This document shows, one piece after another, positions 26,952 through 37,818 of a stretch of DNA of 64,000 bases. Position 1 is the first letter of the stretch. Each line of letters begins with the position of its first letter. This DNA is from Patellaria atrata CBS 101060 (Eukaryota). The stretch covers positions 252,123-316,122 of the forward strand of contig MU006102.1 of the NCBI GenBank assembly GCA_010093705.1, read 5' to 3'. A program made the position numbers and the translations under genes. Under the pieces are notes generated by a model. It saw only the letters and a program-made list of their open reading frames with translations, was not told the DNA's origin and did no database searches.

Positions 26952-27456
26952 TGTTACAACGGGAGTCTATACTTATCAAGACGGAACGAGATAAGTCTAG
27001 AAACGCGCCAGGCTTCTCACTAATGTGATCAACCTCAAGGTAGGTCCCGTTAATGATAGGAGGTCGTGTGAGTTAGGCACTTCAAGTTAACGATATAACT
27101 TGCTGACTCCTTAATCCTTTGGGCAAGGCTCACAACTAGAGACAAAGCGTACTGTATGGAAACAGCGTGACAAAGTAGAGTTAAGTCGTAGACCGTAACA
27201 TCCAATCTTATAATAAGATATATTGGTAAGAAGAACTACAAAGAATCTAAATACATGCGTAAAGGAGCGTCCTTAAAGTATTTCTTCTTCACAGTCCCAT
27301 TTCCTGTTGGTCGTTTGGTCGTCTGGTCGTTTCTCACGACCGAACGACCGAACGACCAGATCACGTGACCCCTGGTCACTCGATCTGGTCCGCAGTTTTT
27401 CCGAGTGGTCCCCCTCATTCACCGTCTGTGTCCTTTTACAACTTATGGCCGTAACA
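26952..27456 (-). mobile_element. Solo-LTR-like unit, copy 3 (complete, 505 bp)
   Basis: TGTTACAACGGGAGTCTAT...TGGCCGTAACA, colinear with copy 2. No matching TSD. Confidence 0.9.
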
Positions 27457-28031
27457 ACTTCTCTAAGCTGGAACTAGATAGGTATAAACACGCGCAAGGT
27501 TTCTCACAGACGAGAGACCTCCTTCTAGGAAGGGTTAGGTTTCCGCTTCGTGATAGAACGTGTAAAGGTTGTACTTCAGGTTGACGATACAACTTGCTTC
27601 CCCTTAACTCTCTCTCAAGGGCTCCACAGTAGAGATAAGTGATACTGTACGAACACAGTATGACAAGGGTGAGTTAAGTCAAAGATCGTAACATCCAATT
27701 TAGATGGTAAGAAGAAATACGAAGAATCTAAATACATACGCAAAGGAGCGTCCTTGAGTATTCCTTCTCCGAGTCCTGTTCTGAGTGTTTGGACGTGTTG
27801 GCCGTCAATCCTAACATCCTTCTTCCTACGACCATCGCGTCCAACTCTCCTGGTCGCGGTGGACGTCTTTCTTGGCGCTATGGTTTCTGCGTCCACTGCG
27901 TTCATTGCGTCCATTGCGTCCACGTCACGTGACCCTCGTGGGCACTGACTTTCCTCCGTGGTTGTGCCGAGTGGTCCCTCTCTTTCCCCCACTCGTCGAC
28001 TTGCATGTCCTTACAACTTGTGGCCGTAACA
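27457..28031 (-). mobile_element. Solo-LTR-like unit, copy 4 (most diverged, about 19 bp missing at the junction with copy 3)
   Basis: Ends TGGCCGTAACA at 28031 and shares the GTAACATCCAA, GAAGAATCTAAATACAT and TCACGTGACC blocks. Confidence 0.88.
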
Positions 28032-28200
28032 GTTAATAGTATTATAATTAAATTAATTAATTGTTAAGAATGTAATAGAGTTATTATATACTTAATTCTT
28101 TTCGCGGTATTAACTTATATAGAAACTAAATAACGTTTGAATTCCACTATCTTAACCTCGATCTAATAAGTTTAGTACTCTATAGTGACAGTAGCTAATA
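28032..28200. other. AT/TpA-rich tract, possible RIP-degraded repeat relic
   Basis: ttaatagtattataattaaattaattaatt... begins immediately after the end of copy 4. Confidence 0.45.
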
Positions 28201-28416
28201 AGGTTACCTTAAGGTAACTCCGTATAAGCGGGGAGAAACGATTACCGTCAACTTGGACCCTCTACCGTCGAGCTACACCCCCCACTACCTCAAAAGGTAC
28301 AAAGTACAAAAGTACCTGTAATCAGACCTCGCACAATTTCCCTCGGACCACTTCAAACCTTCAAACCACATACATCCCACTTCAGAACACCTCCGGCAAC
28401 GATTCTAAAAGCTTCA

Positions 28417-29895
28417 ATGTCGTCTACAGAAAACCAACCCACACCCGACTCCACCCCGCTAGAGAAGCCCCACGATGGTCCTACCGATAGCAAGGGATGG
28501 GATGGGAAGCTCAGAGTCGAGAAGAAGCCGGTCGTGATATATCCCGGTCACAACTCAGATCCTGAAGCTTCCGAAGACGAAGGCCCACCGCCGGAGCAGA
28601 TTGCTGCCGATGAAGGTGAGTCCTGCGGAACCTGGGATGGAAGGGACAAGAGCTAAAAAGGGGGAACAGACTTGACGGAGGAGTTTGAGGATGACACAGA
28701 AGCATGTAATCCTATGTTAGGACTAGAGGAGAAATAATATAGTACTGACTAGGGAGATGGTAGGATATCGATCTCGTACATTGTCGGATAGCATCAATGC
28801 CGGCCTTGAAGCTTGAACGGTTCAAAAATTTGCAGGTCGGTGGTTTTATGGTTCCTATGCTATGGTAAGATGAGATGGACTGACACTATCATTCTGAAGA
28901 GACTCTGCCTCCGCCAAAACGCAATTACAACCGTCGAACTTCCCAGTAACCTCTCCACACTCCGCGAACTAGACCTCTACGACAACCTCATAAAGCACGT
29001 TCAAGGCTTCGATGAGCTGCTGGATCTGGAGATCTTAGATCTAAGCTTCAACAAGATCAAGCATATCAAGCGCGTGAATCATTTAAAGAACCTGAGACAG
29101 CTATATTTCGTGCAGAACAAAATACAGATTATTGAGGGCCTGGAAGGCTTAACGAACCTGACGATGGTAGAGCTGGCGGCGAATAGAATCAGGGTGGGAT
29201 AGACAACAATACAGCCGTACACTGACGAAACACCGAAACTAACATCGTCACAGTCGATACAAGGTCTCGAAACCCTAATCTCCCTCGAAGAGCTCTGGCT
29301 AGGCAAAAACAAAATCACTGAGATCAAGGTCTGTCCCCCTTCCCCTTCCCCTTCCCCTTCCTTTCCACATCCTCTAACCTCCACCCCAGGGCCTCGACAC
29401 CCTAACAAACCTTCGCATCCTCTCCATCCAATCAAACCGCATCCCCACCCTCTCTGGCCTCCCCTCCCTCCCCGTCCTAGAAGAACTCCACATCTCCCAC
29501 AACGCGCTACGCACCCTCTCCGACCTCCCCTCCCTCCCCTCCCTCCGCACCCTCGACGTCTCCGCAAACCCCATCGACTCCCTCGCCGGCCTCGAGCCCC
29601 TCGCCCAGCTCGAGGAGCTCTGGGCCAGCTACTGTGAGCTCCATGATTTCGCCGAGGTCGAGAGTGTGTTGGGTGGTAAGGAGGAGCTTAAGACGGTGTA
29701 TTTTGAGGGGACGCCGTTGCAGAGGCGTCAACCCGCGCTGTATCGGAATAAGGTGAGGCTGGCGCTGCCGGGGGTTAGGCAGATCGATGCTAGTGAGTTG
29801 TTTCCTGTCTTGAGTGTTTCTTACACTCTGGTTCCCCCCCTCGAGTCGTGTTCTGAGCGGTGGGCTGACACTCCGCAGCGTTTGTGAAGGTATAG
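28417..29895 (+). CDS. SDS22: Protein phosphatase 1 regulatory subunit SDS22 (LRR), 7 exons
   Basis: DSKGWDGKLRV, DIDLVHCRI, LRRs (LRELDLYDNLI, LDLSFNKIKHI, LEELWLGKNKI), YRNKVRLALP and terminal IDA|TFVKV*. Confidence 0.94.
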
Positions 29896-30264
29896 GCGGT
29901 TGGCGTGAACCCGGGGGGAAGGGGAGAGGGTTCAAGAGCTCGTGACTGCATAGATTGCAATTAACTCGTCATGGCCATAGGAGTATCATTACATCGGTTG
30001 TTGGGCTAACTCAGCAGATCAGAAAGGCATGTCCACTTTTGTAAGGTATAGATAGTTCTACACCCCGGTTCACAGTATACGATACATGTACCTACATGCA
30101 TCCTATAGCCGCCAAAGGAATATGAGAGAAAAGAATAGTAACCCGACTATACTTCGCCACCATACATACCCACCCCACCGATTTTGATATTTTCGCACAA
30201 TCGTACACGGCATCCAAACCCCTTCCATCTTCTCACAACCCCCTTACTGTTCCGCCTCAACACC

Positions 30265-32485
30265 CTAATCCCTTTCCTCCAACCGCGCCCTCAACTCCCC
30301 AACCTCCCGTCTCAACCCCTCGATGACATCCCCCTGACTCGCCAACTGCCGATTCTGCTCCTCCAGCAGGGATTTAATATCCCCTAGCGTGGACTTCAGC
30401 GTCTCCGCCGCGCCCGCCGTAGAGGTAGCGCGCGCTCTAGGTTCCTGCTCCTGTTGTTCGCGCTGCACGGGCGGGTCGATGGTGGATGAAGTCGCGGGGT
30501 CAGGTGTGTCGATCGGGTCCAGTTTCGGTGCCGATTCCTGTTTCGGGCTCTTCGCCAACCGCGGGATAAATTCCGGGGATTTGGATATATGCGGGCCGGA
30601 GGTTTTCATCTCCATGTGCTCTGCTACCGATTTACGCGAGACGTCCTCGAAGCCGGACGTTTCATCCTCGTCGTCCTCGTCGTCGTTGTCTGCGAACTTG
30701 GACGCCGCGGATTCCATGCTGGCTTTGTTGTCTTTGATGTCTTGAGAGCGGGGGACGGAGGCCGCTTGTGCCGATTTCGGAGGTTTTTCTTCCTTCTTCT
30801 GTAGGACTGGGGATGCGGCGGACGCGGCGGGTTTAGCTTCTGCGGCGCTGGAGGTGTGGGCGTGATAGTTCGCTGGGACTTCTTCTGCTTCGCCGCCGTC
30901 ATAGACACTCTCGAGGTTGATTTTTGGCGGGAGTTGGGCTTCGGCGCCGTCGAAGAACTCGGCGGCAGACATGGCGGGGTTCTTGCCGACGGTTGGGGGA
31001 TAGATGTCGGATTGGAAGACTTCGGCGCGACGGGGGACGATGAAGGAGATGGGTTCGATGAAGGCGTCGTTAACGGTTTTGAAGCCGCGCATGACTTCGT
31101 TCTCGTGGAGGTTGATGCCGCGCTTGGGGAGGAAGGCGATGCCGCGTTGGGGATCGGCGGATTTGTATTCGGAGAGGTATTCGAACTTGTCGTTTTCGTA
31201 TTCATAGTAGCGAATATTGCCGTCGCTATCATAATATTAACCTCGACATTGAATCTTTTATGCTAGGATATAATCTTACCCCTTTCCAGCTAGATAGAGC
31301 ATTTGGGTTCCGTCATCCCAGAACGGCATACAGACACCGGAGATGGAATCGAGAATTTGGAAACCGCCGATAGGTTCTCTCAGTGCTCTTGTATCCCAAA
31401 GACCTAATTGGCGATCACTCATACGGGAGAACCCGGTCGTAGCGATTCGGTCATGTTCACCCATCCATACTGCACGGCTGTTTTTCGCACCAGGGTGTCC
31501 CGGAGTTTCTTGCACCGGCTTTTCTTGCCGTACATCCCAGATACGTAGCTTCTTGTCGCGGCTTGTTGTTACCATGAGTGATCCGTTTGCGCTCCATGAT
31601 AGGGATTGCACGATGTCGTTGTGCTTGAGACTAAGCCTGGAGGTTCCTGCTTCCACGTCCCAGAGTTTGATAGTATAATCACCGGAGGAGCTTGCTAGGA
31701 CGTTCGCAGCGGCTGGATTGAACACTACATGCCCAACTTTTCTACTCAAACTCAGCTCTTGTTCCTGAGTAACTCTTTGTTACACTCGGGTTCGGTACTC
31801 ACCGTGTGTGTCCTGTTAGCTTAGACACAGGAGATACATCCGTAACATCTTCTTCCTCTGTATATAGTGTAAAGTTTTCGGGGACTTTCCAAATAAAGAC
31901 CTTTAACCGATTAGTATCAAGGATATGTCGGGGACGAGGACATGTTTACTTTGCCATCGTCTGAGCCTGAGGCGATCAAAGAATCGTCGAATGGACTCCT
32001 ACTCAAAGATGAGATTCCTGATCATTCCTTCTCCCGAATATGCAAGTCAATGCCTACCAATCGGTATCCAGAACCGCAGCTGTGTGACCTCGAAACAATG
32101 GGATCTGCTCTGGTAGTCTGCCGCGCTCATTGATGGGAATGACAGCGAAAGCACCACCTCCGCTAGCCTCCCAATTGACAGATATATATTCTGGGTTCGC
32201 CTGTATGTTCTTTAGCTATAGAATCTTTTTAACCGTAAAGCGTCTGCGAGGTCCGACCTTGATTATATTGCTGTCCCAGGCATTTTTCGAAATTCGTAGG
32301 TTATCGTAGCATTGTTCCTAACGTAGTATGAATATCGATCCTCGAGTATGTCCCTTATACATAAACTAACTTTCTTCGTCGATCGCCCGAAAACATGTCC
32401 TAGAAACAAACTGTCAGTGAGGCCTCTATATCACTCAGAGGCGAAACTTACGGTATTTAGACGCTCGAACAAAACGACCAGCCAT
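30265..32485 (-). CDS. CRN1: Coronin, multi-exon
   Basis: Spliced MAGRFVRASKYR|HVFG, WD40 repeats, ATTGFSRMSDRQ, EPISFIVPRR..FQSDIYP and a C-terminal coiled coil. Confidence 0.96.
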
Positions 32486-33496
32486 TTTTGAATTGATAAA
32501 TTGACGCTACTAAAAGAATAACAATAATACTGAAAAGTGACTCGCAAAGTGCCACGTCAATCCGTGAAATAGAGGCGAGAAGGAGCTATAAGTTACTCAG
32601 GTCGAAGGCGAGCGTCGCATGCGTCCTGAAACAATGTCGAAACAATCTTGGCACTGGTTGTCATCTCCACCTCACACTGTAGAACCTCCTAACCCAACCC
32701 CCACCTCTTCAATACAGCATCAGCGGTCTTTTTCAATTAATTGTTTGTATTCACGCTCCAATACTTGAGAGATAAAGAGACTTAAAAATATTCTCCAGAA
32801 TCATCTGGCTCGGTCCTAGCAGTCATCCGGTTCCCATATACCATACTGCACAACTCCTGTACATCCGCTAGAGACTATAACCTCCGCTTGTTAATGCATA
32901 TCAAATTTTTGTGCGGGCGATTGTATCTCCCTGCCAATCAAGTAGACGCCCTTTGAGCAAATGATATTACCTTCGTCGTTGGGTTTTAGCAGTCCTAGCT
33001 TACGGTATAATCGCTGTAACCCAATGCCAAAATGTTATCAGTTCCGGCGTGATGCAGACATCCGAAATTCGGATAGTCAAGTAGGAATCAATCTCTATTC
33101 ACACGTATAGTAAGCTAGGGGTACTGCCACTAGGAAATAGTACCTTTTCTTTCATACTCTCTCAGATAGCATTCCTAAACATCTCTCTTCCATTGATCTC
33201 CAATTTTTGGTTGAGACTTTTGATATTGTCTTGATTTGCAGTTTGAATCGTCTTCGAGTCCCAATGGGTTTTACGTCTTATATATCATGATATTCTCATG
33301 AGCATGCATTGTTATCTTCTAATTGCGGGAAAGAGTAGTGCTCAGTGGAGGGGGAAAAAATGCTCAAGAGATCTTATATATTTCCAGTCATCATTCTAGT
33401 TCACCAAGCCGCACCCCCTCAATACCTTACTCAAAAGAATGACATGAAGCACCACCGTCGATCCCGTCAGGAAAACACCTCACCCCTTATCTTTCC

Positions 33497-34395
33497 CTAC
33501 GAACAAAGCGCCGAGACAAACCCAAAGAAACCCCCAGCAATGGGATTAACCACACCCGCAATACTTCCCAGTGCTCCTCCCAAACGTCCACACCAATTGT
33601 CATCCCCACCATCCATGCTCACCTGGGCCTGGATGAATCCCCTAAAGTTTCCATTATACCACTTGTTAACAGAAACAAAATTAGTCTGTTCACCCCACCA
33701 CTGGGTACCGCAATCATCACCATCGCGGGTATGAATGCACCAGTCGTGCTGCGTCCATTTCTGACCTTGGGAGGCTGCAGCGACTACAGCATCAACGTAG
33801 TGGTCACGTTCCTCCCATCCGTTGTACTGTCCGTTGGCCGAGATGGAGATGGTGCGGTGACGTGGACCGGAGGAGGTGCCTTGGCGGACGATATCTTGGG
33901 TATCCGTCTGGCAAATGTTGGGATCGCATGAACCTTCATGACCTGAGGACTGTCAGTTGAGACTCTACAACAGAGCCTTCCGCTTGAAAGCAAATTGTAA
34001 AATAGGGAACGTGGTTCAGATAAGTCTCCTCATCAGGTCAGGAAATGGCCACACTTACAATAATCATACAAGCAATGATGAAGGGCATCGCACGGATTTG
34101 TCGTTCCATAATTGATACTGGTCCTCCCGAAGGTGACGTGGGTCTGCGTATCTCTCTTGACAATCGCACCATGCTCCGTTCCGTTCGGAAAACGTCTGTT
34201 GTAATCTTCGGAACCTGGCTCCATTCCCGCTTTGAAGCGGATCAGCAATCCGTCGGGTGTCTCATACGTCTCACAGTTCTCGGCAGCTTCGCACATAGCT
34301 AGCTGCTCGGGGTGGATGGGAGATTTAACGGCCGAGGTGGTTGGTACGGCGAGCGCAGTGCCAGCGAGCAGAGCGAAAAGTGTGGATGTGAGCAT
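33497..34395 (-). CDS. Secreted Cys-rich prepro-protein (260 aa), 2 exons
   Basis: Signal peptide MLTSTLFALLAGTALA and Kex2-like site IVKR. Exon 1 34395-34059, GT-AG intron, exon 2 33942-33497 open in frame. 11 Cys. Confidence 0.85.
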
Positions 34396-36420
34396 CTTGA
34401 TTATTATTGAGATGATGATCTAAATCGAGATTGCTGGTTGTTGGTTCAAGAAGCTGCCGTAAAGAGTTTGGTTTAGCAGAACGATTGAGGAAGTGAGTCT
34501 GGCTGATGAGCTGGAGTGAATCTTTCTTTTGGTCTTCAGGGACCTTTTATATCTCTTCAAATGCCTCTTCTCGAAGAATACCTTGATGGGAAATAGAATC
34601 TCATTCCCCTTTTCATCTCTCTCATGTCAGCATCTGGACCACTATTTCCCATTCAACCGCAAGACATCTCTACTCCCCATCACACGTCCATCTCCAAGTA
34701 CCATCTCAACGTAGTACTGTAACCTCATCTCGCATACCATCACGGCATTCCCGAAGAGTCGGTCGAAGATCTTGGTAATCGCACCTAAACCACTTGAGGA
34801 AATCGATAAGATGCTAACTCAGATTTCTCCGATTCCGAGAAGTCTTAATGATGAAAATATCACAACGCGATCTCATATCTTCTCGTGTCAGCATCTAGAC
34901 CTCAGAGAACCCCCTTTCATATAGTTCTATACTCTAGCCATCTCTGAGCGGTTCTACTCTATCTACCACCCGAGTTAGGCACATTCCAAGTCTCATCCCC
35001 ATTGTAACGTTATACCAGCATCCCATCCATCCTCTCCATCCCACCGAGGCGGTCCAGGGATCTTGAAAACAGGGAGCGCAGATGAGACAGATTCATTCCA
35101 GTATTACGATTGGGCCCTCCATTCATCTATTCCAAACAAACGCCCTACATACCCAGTCAGTCCGCTGCAACCCCCATGTGGCGATCCCCCCATTTTCCCC
35201 CACACGGTTAGACTCTAATCGCCTAGATTTTGGGTATAATGCTTATGAAGCTTCTTTCACCAACCCTATCGTAGAAAGCGTTAGACGCGTTCTAAGCGCT
35301 TTCTCCACGACGCACTCCAGATGGCAAAAATCGAGCTCTCCTTATGACGATTAGGGCGTCTGTTACGAACCCGTCCCTGCTGAGTCCAACTCGAGCTTCA
35401 TCACGATGCTACTGTACCTTACCAGCTTTTTCCGCACCATCTCCGCTTCAAGTGACGTCTCGATACCAGCTCTCCCGCTCCAAGATCCAGCATCCCAATT
35501 GCGCGCCACACCCACCTTCACACCCACGTGGCGATCCTCGTATTCTGGGCGAGGTGCTTATTTTCCCCGTGGAGTGCTTATGCAGCTTGGTCTGGTTGAG
35601 CGCGCTATGACCAATGTCAGAGTTTAGTGCATGTGCGATTACTGATACTGATAGCTCTGCTGTTGTTTCGGATTCGGTTTCCACAGTGAGGGAAGGAAAG
35701 ACGGGGGCCCGGGTTCGGGTTTGGATCTTAGGGGGTGGAAATAGCGTGAGGGATGGGTTGGGGTTGGGAGTTGATGGTTGTGGTTGTGGTTGGTTCGTAT
35801 AGCACATCGTTTTAACTTACCTTGGTTCTCACGGCTATCTTCGTTTCTGGTGGGGTCCAGCTGTGGAACTACCGCTCTGTACCAATCATGGAAGAAATGA
35901 AGGGTTTGTTCGGCCGAGGTGAGTTCTGGATAAAGATACGGATGTAGAGAAAGGTACAACCCCGTCTACAGCTATGACAGCAAGAACCGGAATACTCGGA
36001 AGCGATCCCGGACTCAGCCGCACTTCCAGATACGGATAGTTGGATATTACTAAGGTACTGTGGCGCATTTTGCCCCTTGGTACCTTAAGGCAGAGGAGGA
36101 GAGGTAGTGTAATCATGTCGTTGCTTATACTTCTCGTTTCGCTGACGGTTCATGCTTTGCACCTCGTATCAGGTAGACTCAACATACACAAGCGAGAGTG
36201 AAAGGCGGAGCTTGGGGTTAAATCCGAGCGGGTAACATTATAGCATAGGTAGAGTAGTAAGGAGGAGACAAATATAGTTTCCGTGGATCATATTACACAT
36301 GCATCCAGCAACACAACAAGTCTTCATCGTCCCCAGATCAGCGCCACATATTCCACTCCCTTGAAATACCCCTAGAGGAATATACAGTGCCAGTAACAGA
36401 GGAGCGACGAGTCGCACCCC

Positions 36421-37818
36421 TTAAACAACAGCATCGGGCCTCTCAGCCCTCCTCTTCGCCGTCCCAACCCCACTGACACCGCGTCCCTGGTTCTCGCCCA
36501 ACCACGGCTTCACCGCCTCGCCGAGCACGCTCTCGCTCATGAAATAGACAAAGCAGCCCGTGATTATGCACACGAAAGCGATGGGATACATCCAATGCAC
36601 GGGGACCCCAAACACCTTAACGCCAATAATGACGCCCCAAAAATTCGCCGTGAGGAGAGAGATGTTGAAGAAGGCCGCCGAAGCTAGTCTAAACATCAGC
36701 GGGGCGAGGGAGTAGAACATGAAGAGCACGAGGGTATATCCGACCAAGTACCCCGCGACCTGGCCGTCCCAAGTGGCAGAGCGGAAGGAGGCACGGTCGA
36801 AGATCCCGGCTTGCGTGCCGTTGATGAACATGGCCCAGAAGGCGAGTTGGCCCACGACCTCGTACATGGGGCGCTTGCTGACGAGGAATTCCTCGAAGAC
36901 GTTGCTGAGGCCATAGAAAGTGGCGCCGAGGAGGGCGAAGAGGTCGCCTTTGAGGGCGTCGGCGGCGGTGCCGCCGTTGCTGCCGGTGAGGTGGTCCGAG
37001 CCGAGGAGGATGCCCATGCCGCCGCAGCAGACGAGGATGCCGGCGTATTGGGTCGCGTGATAGCGGACTCGCAGGAGGAGGAAGGAGATTGTTACTACGA
37101 CTACTATGGCCCAGAAGTTTATGAGTTGGCAGCTTAGAATGTTGGAGTCTGGATTAAAGTGTTAGTATGGGAATACATGTTGGAGTCCTGAAAGTTGGCT
37201 GACTTACATTGATAAGCAAGCACGACGAAGTAATTCCCCTCGACGTCTAGGAAAGCGAGAATGAAATACTTCCACCCGTCGTGGAGGATGATGTTGCGCC
37301 ATTTCTTGAAGCCGTACTTGTAAAGAGTAAAACCGGTATATACAATGTTCAAAAGAACGTAGTTGAAGAAACTTTGGAAGGCGGGGATGCTAGTCTTCTT
37401 GCGAGACAATAGTCCAGAGAAAGTATTGGTGCTAGTAATACACAAAGCCAGGACCTGCCTATGATATATATTATCAGATTGAGTGTCTCGTCAAATGATT
37501 GTTTGGTGGAGCATACCCAAGCAATAAAACAATCCAAAACTGCCTCGTTTTCATATAGGCGAACCAGTTCCGCTTTGGCTTGATATCAGCCCTGTCTAAC
37601 CCATCACCAGCGTAAGCATCGCCAGACGCATCAAGGAGCTCTGGAGTTCCATGACCACTAGCTTGCCCATTTCCAGAGCCGCCGTGGTCAAGAGGTCCAG
37701 CTTCCCCATCGACGTATTTGGGTCTAACATGGGTGGTATCAAGCGGAACCGGTTCAGCACTAGTCGAAGCTCTTCGCTCATCGCTATCAGAGCTACGTCC
37801 AAGGACAGAGGGACTCAT
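36421..37818 (-). CDS. SLC35F/DUF914 family membrane transporter, 3 exons
   Basis: LLLG|QVLALCITSTNTFS, SIPAFQSFFNY, DVEGNYFVVLAYQ, SNVFEEFLV and AAFFNISLLTANFW. Confidence 0.9.

Noticed and set aside
25691..27992. Short ORFs in the repeat nest as gag/pol or genes
   Set aside because: No RT, integrase or gag motifs. Shared peptides such as LKDAPLRMYLDS only reflect the nucleotide repeat, and frames are not preserved.
25808..28031. CRISPR-like array (conserved blocks with variable spacers)
   Set aside because: Units are ~500 bp with TG..CA termini and a TSD, the context is eukaryotic, and there are no cas genes.
25808..28031. Hammerhead ribozyme or 5S rRNA inside the repeats
   Set aside because: No CUGAnGA plus GAAA core is conserved across copies, and no recognisable 5S sequence is present. 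Other ribozyme classes cannot be excluded by eye.
35100..36153. Possible minus-strand gene or pseudogene (ORF fragments, GTAAGT donor near 35820)
   Set aside because: No consistent spliced frame or recognisable domain could be built.
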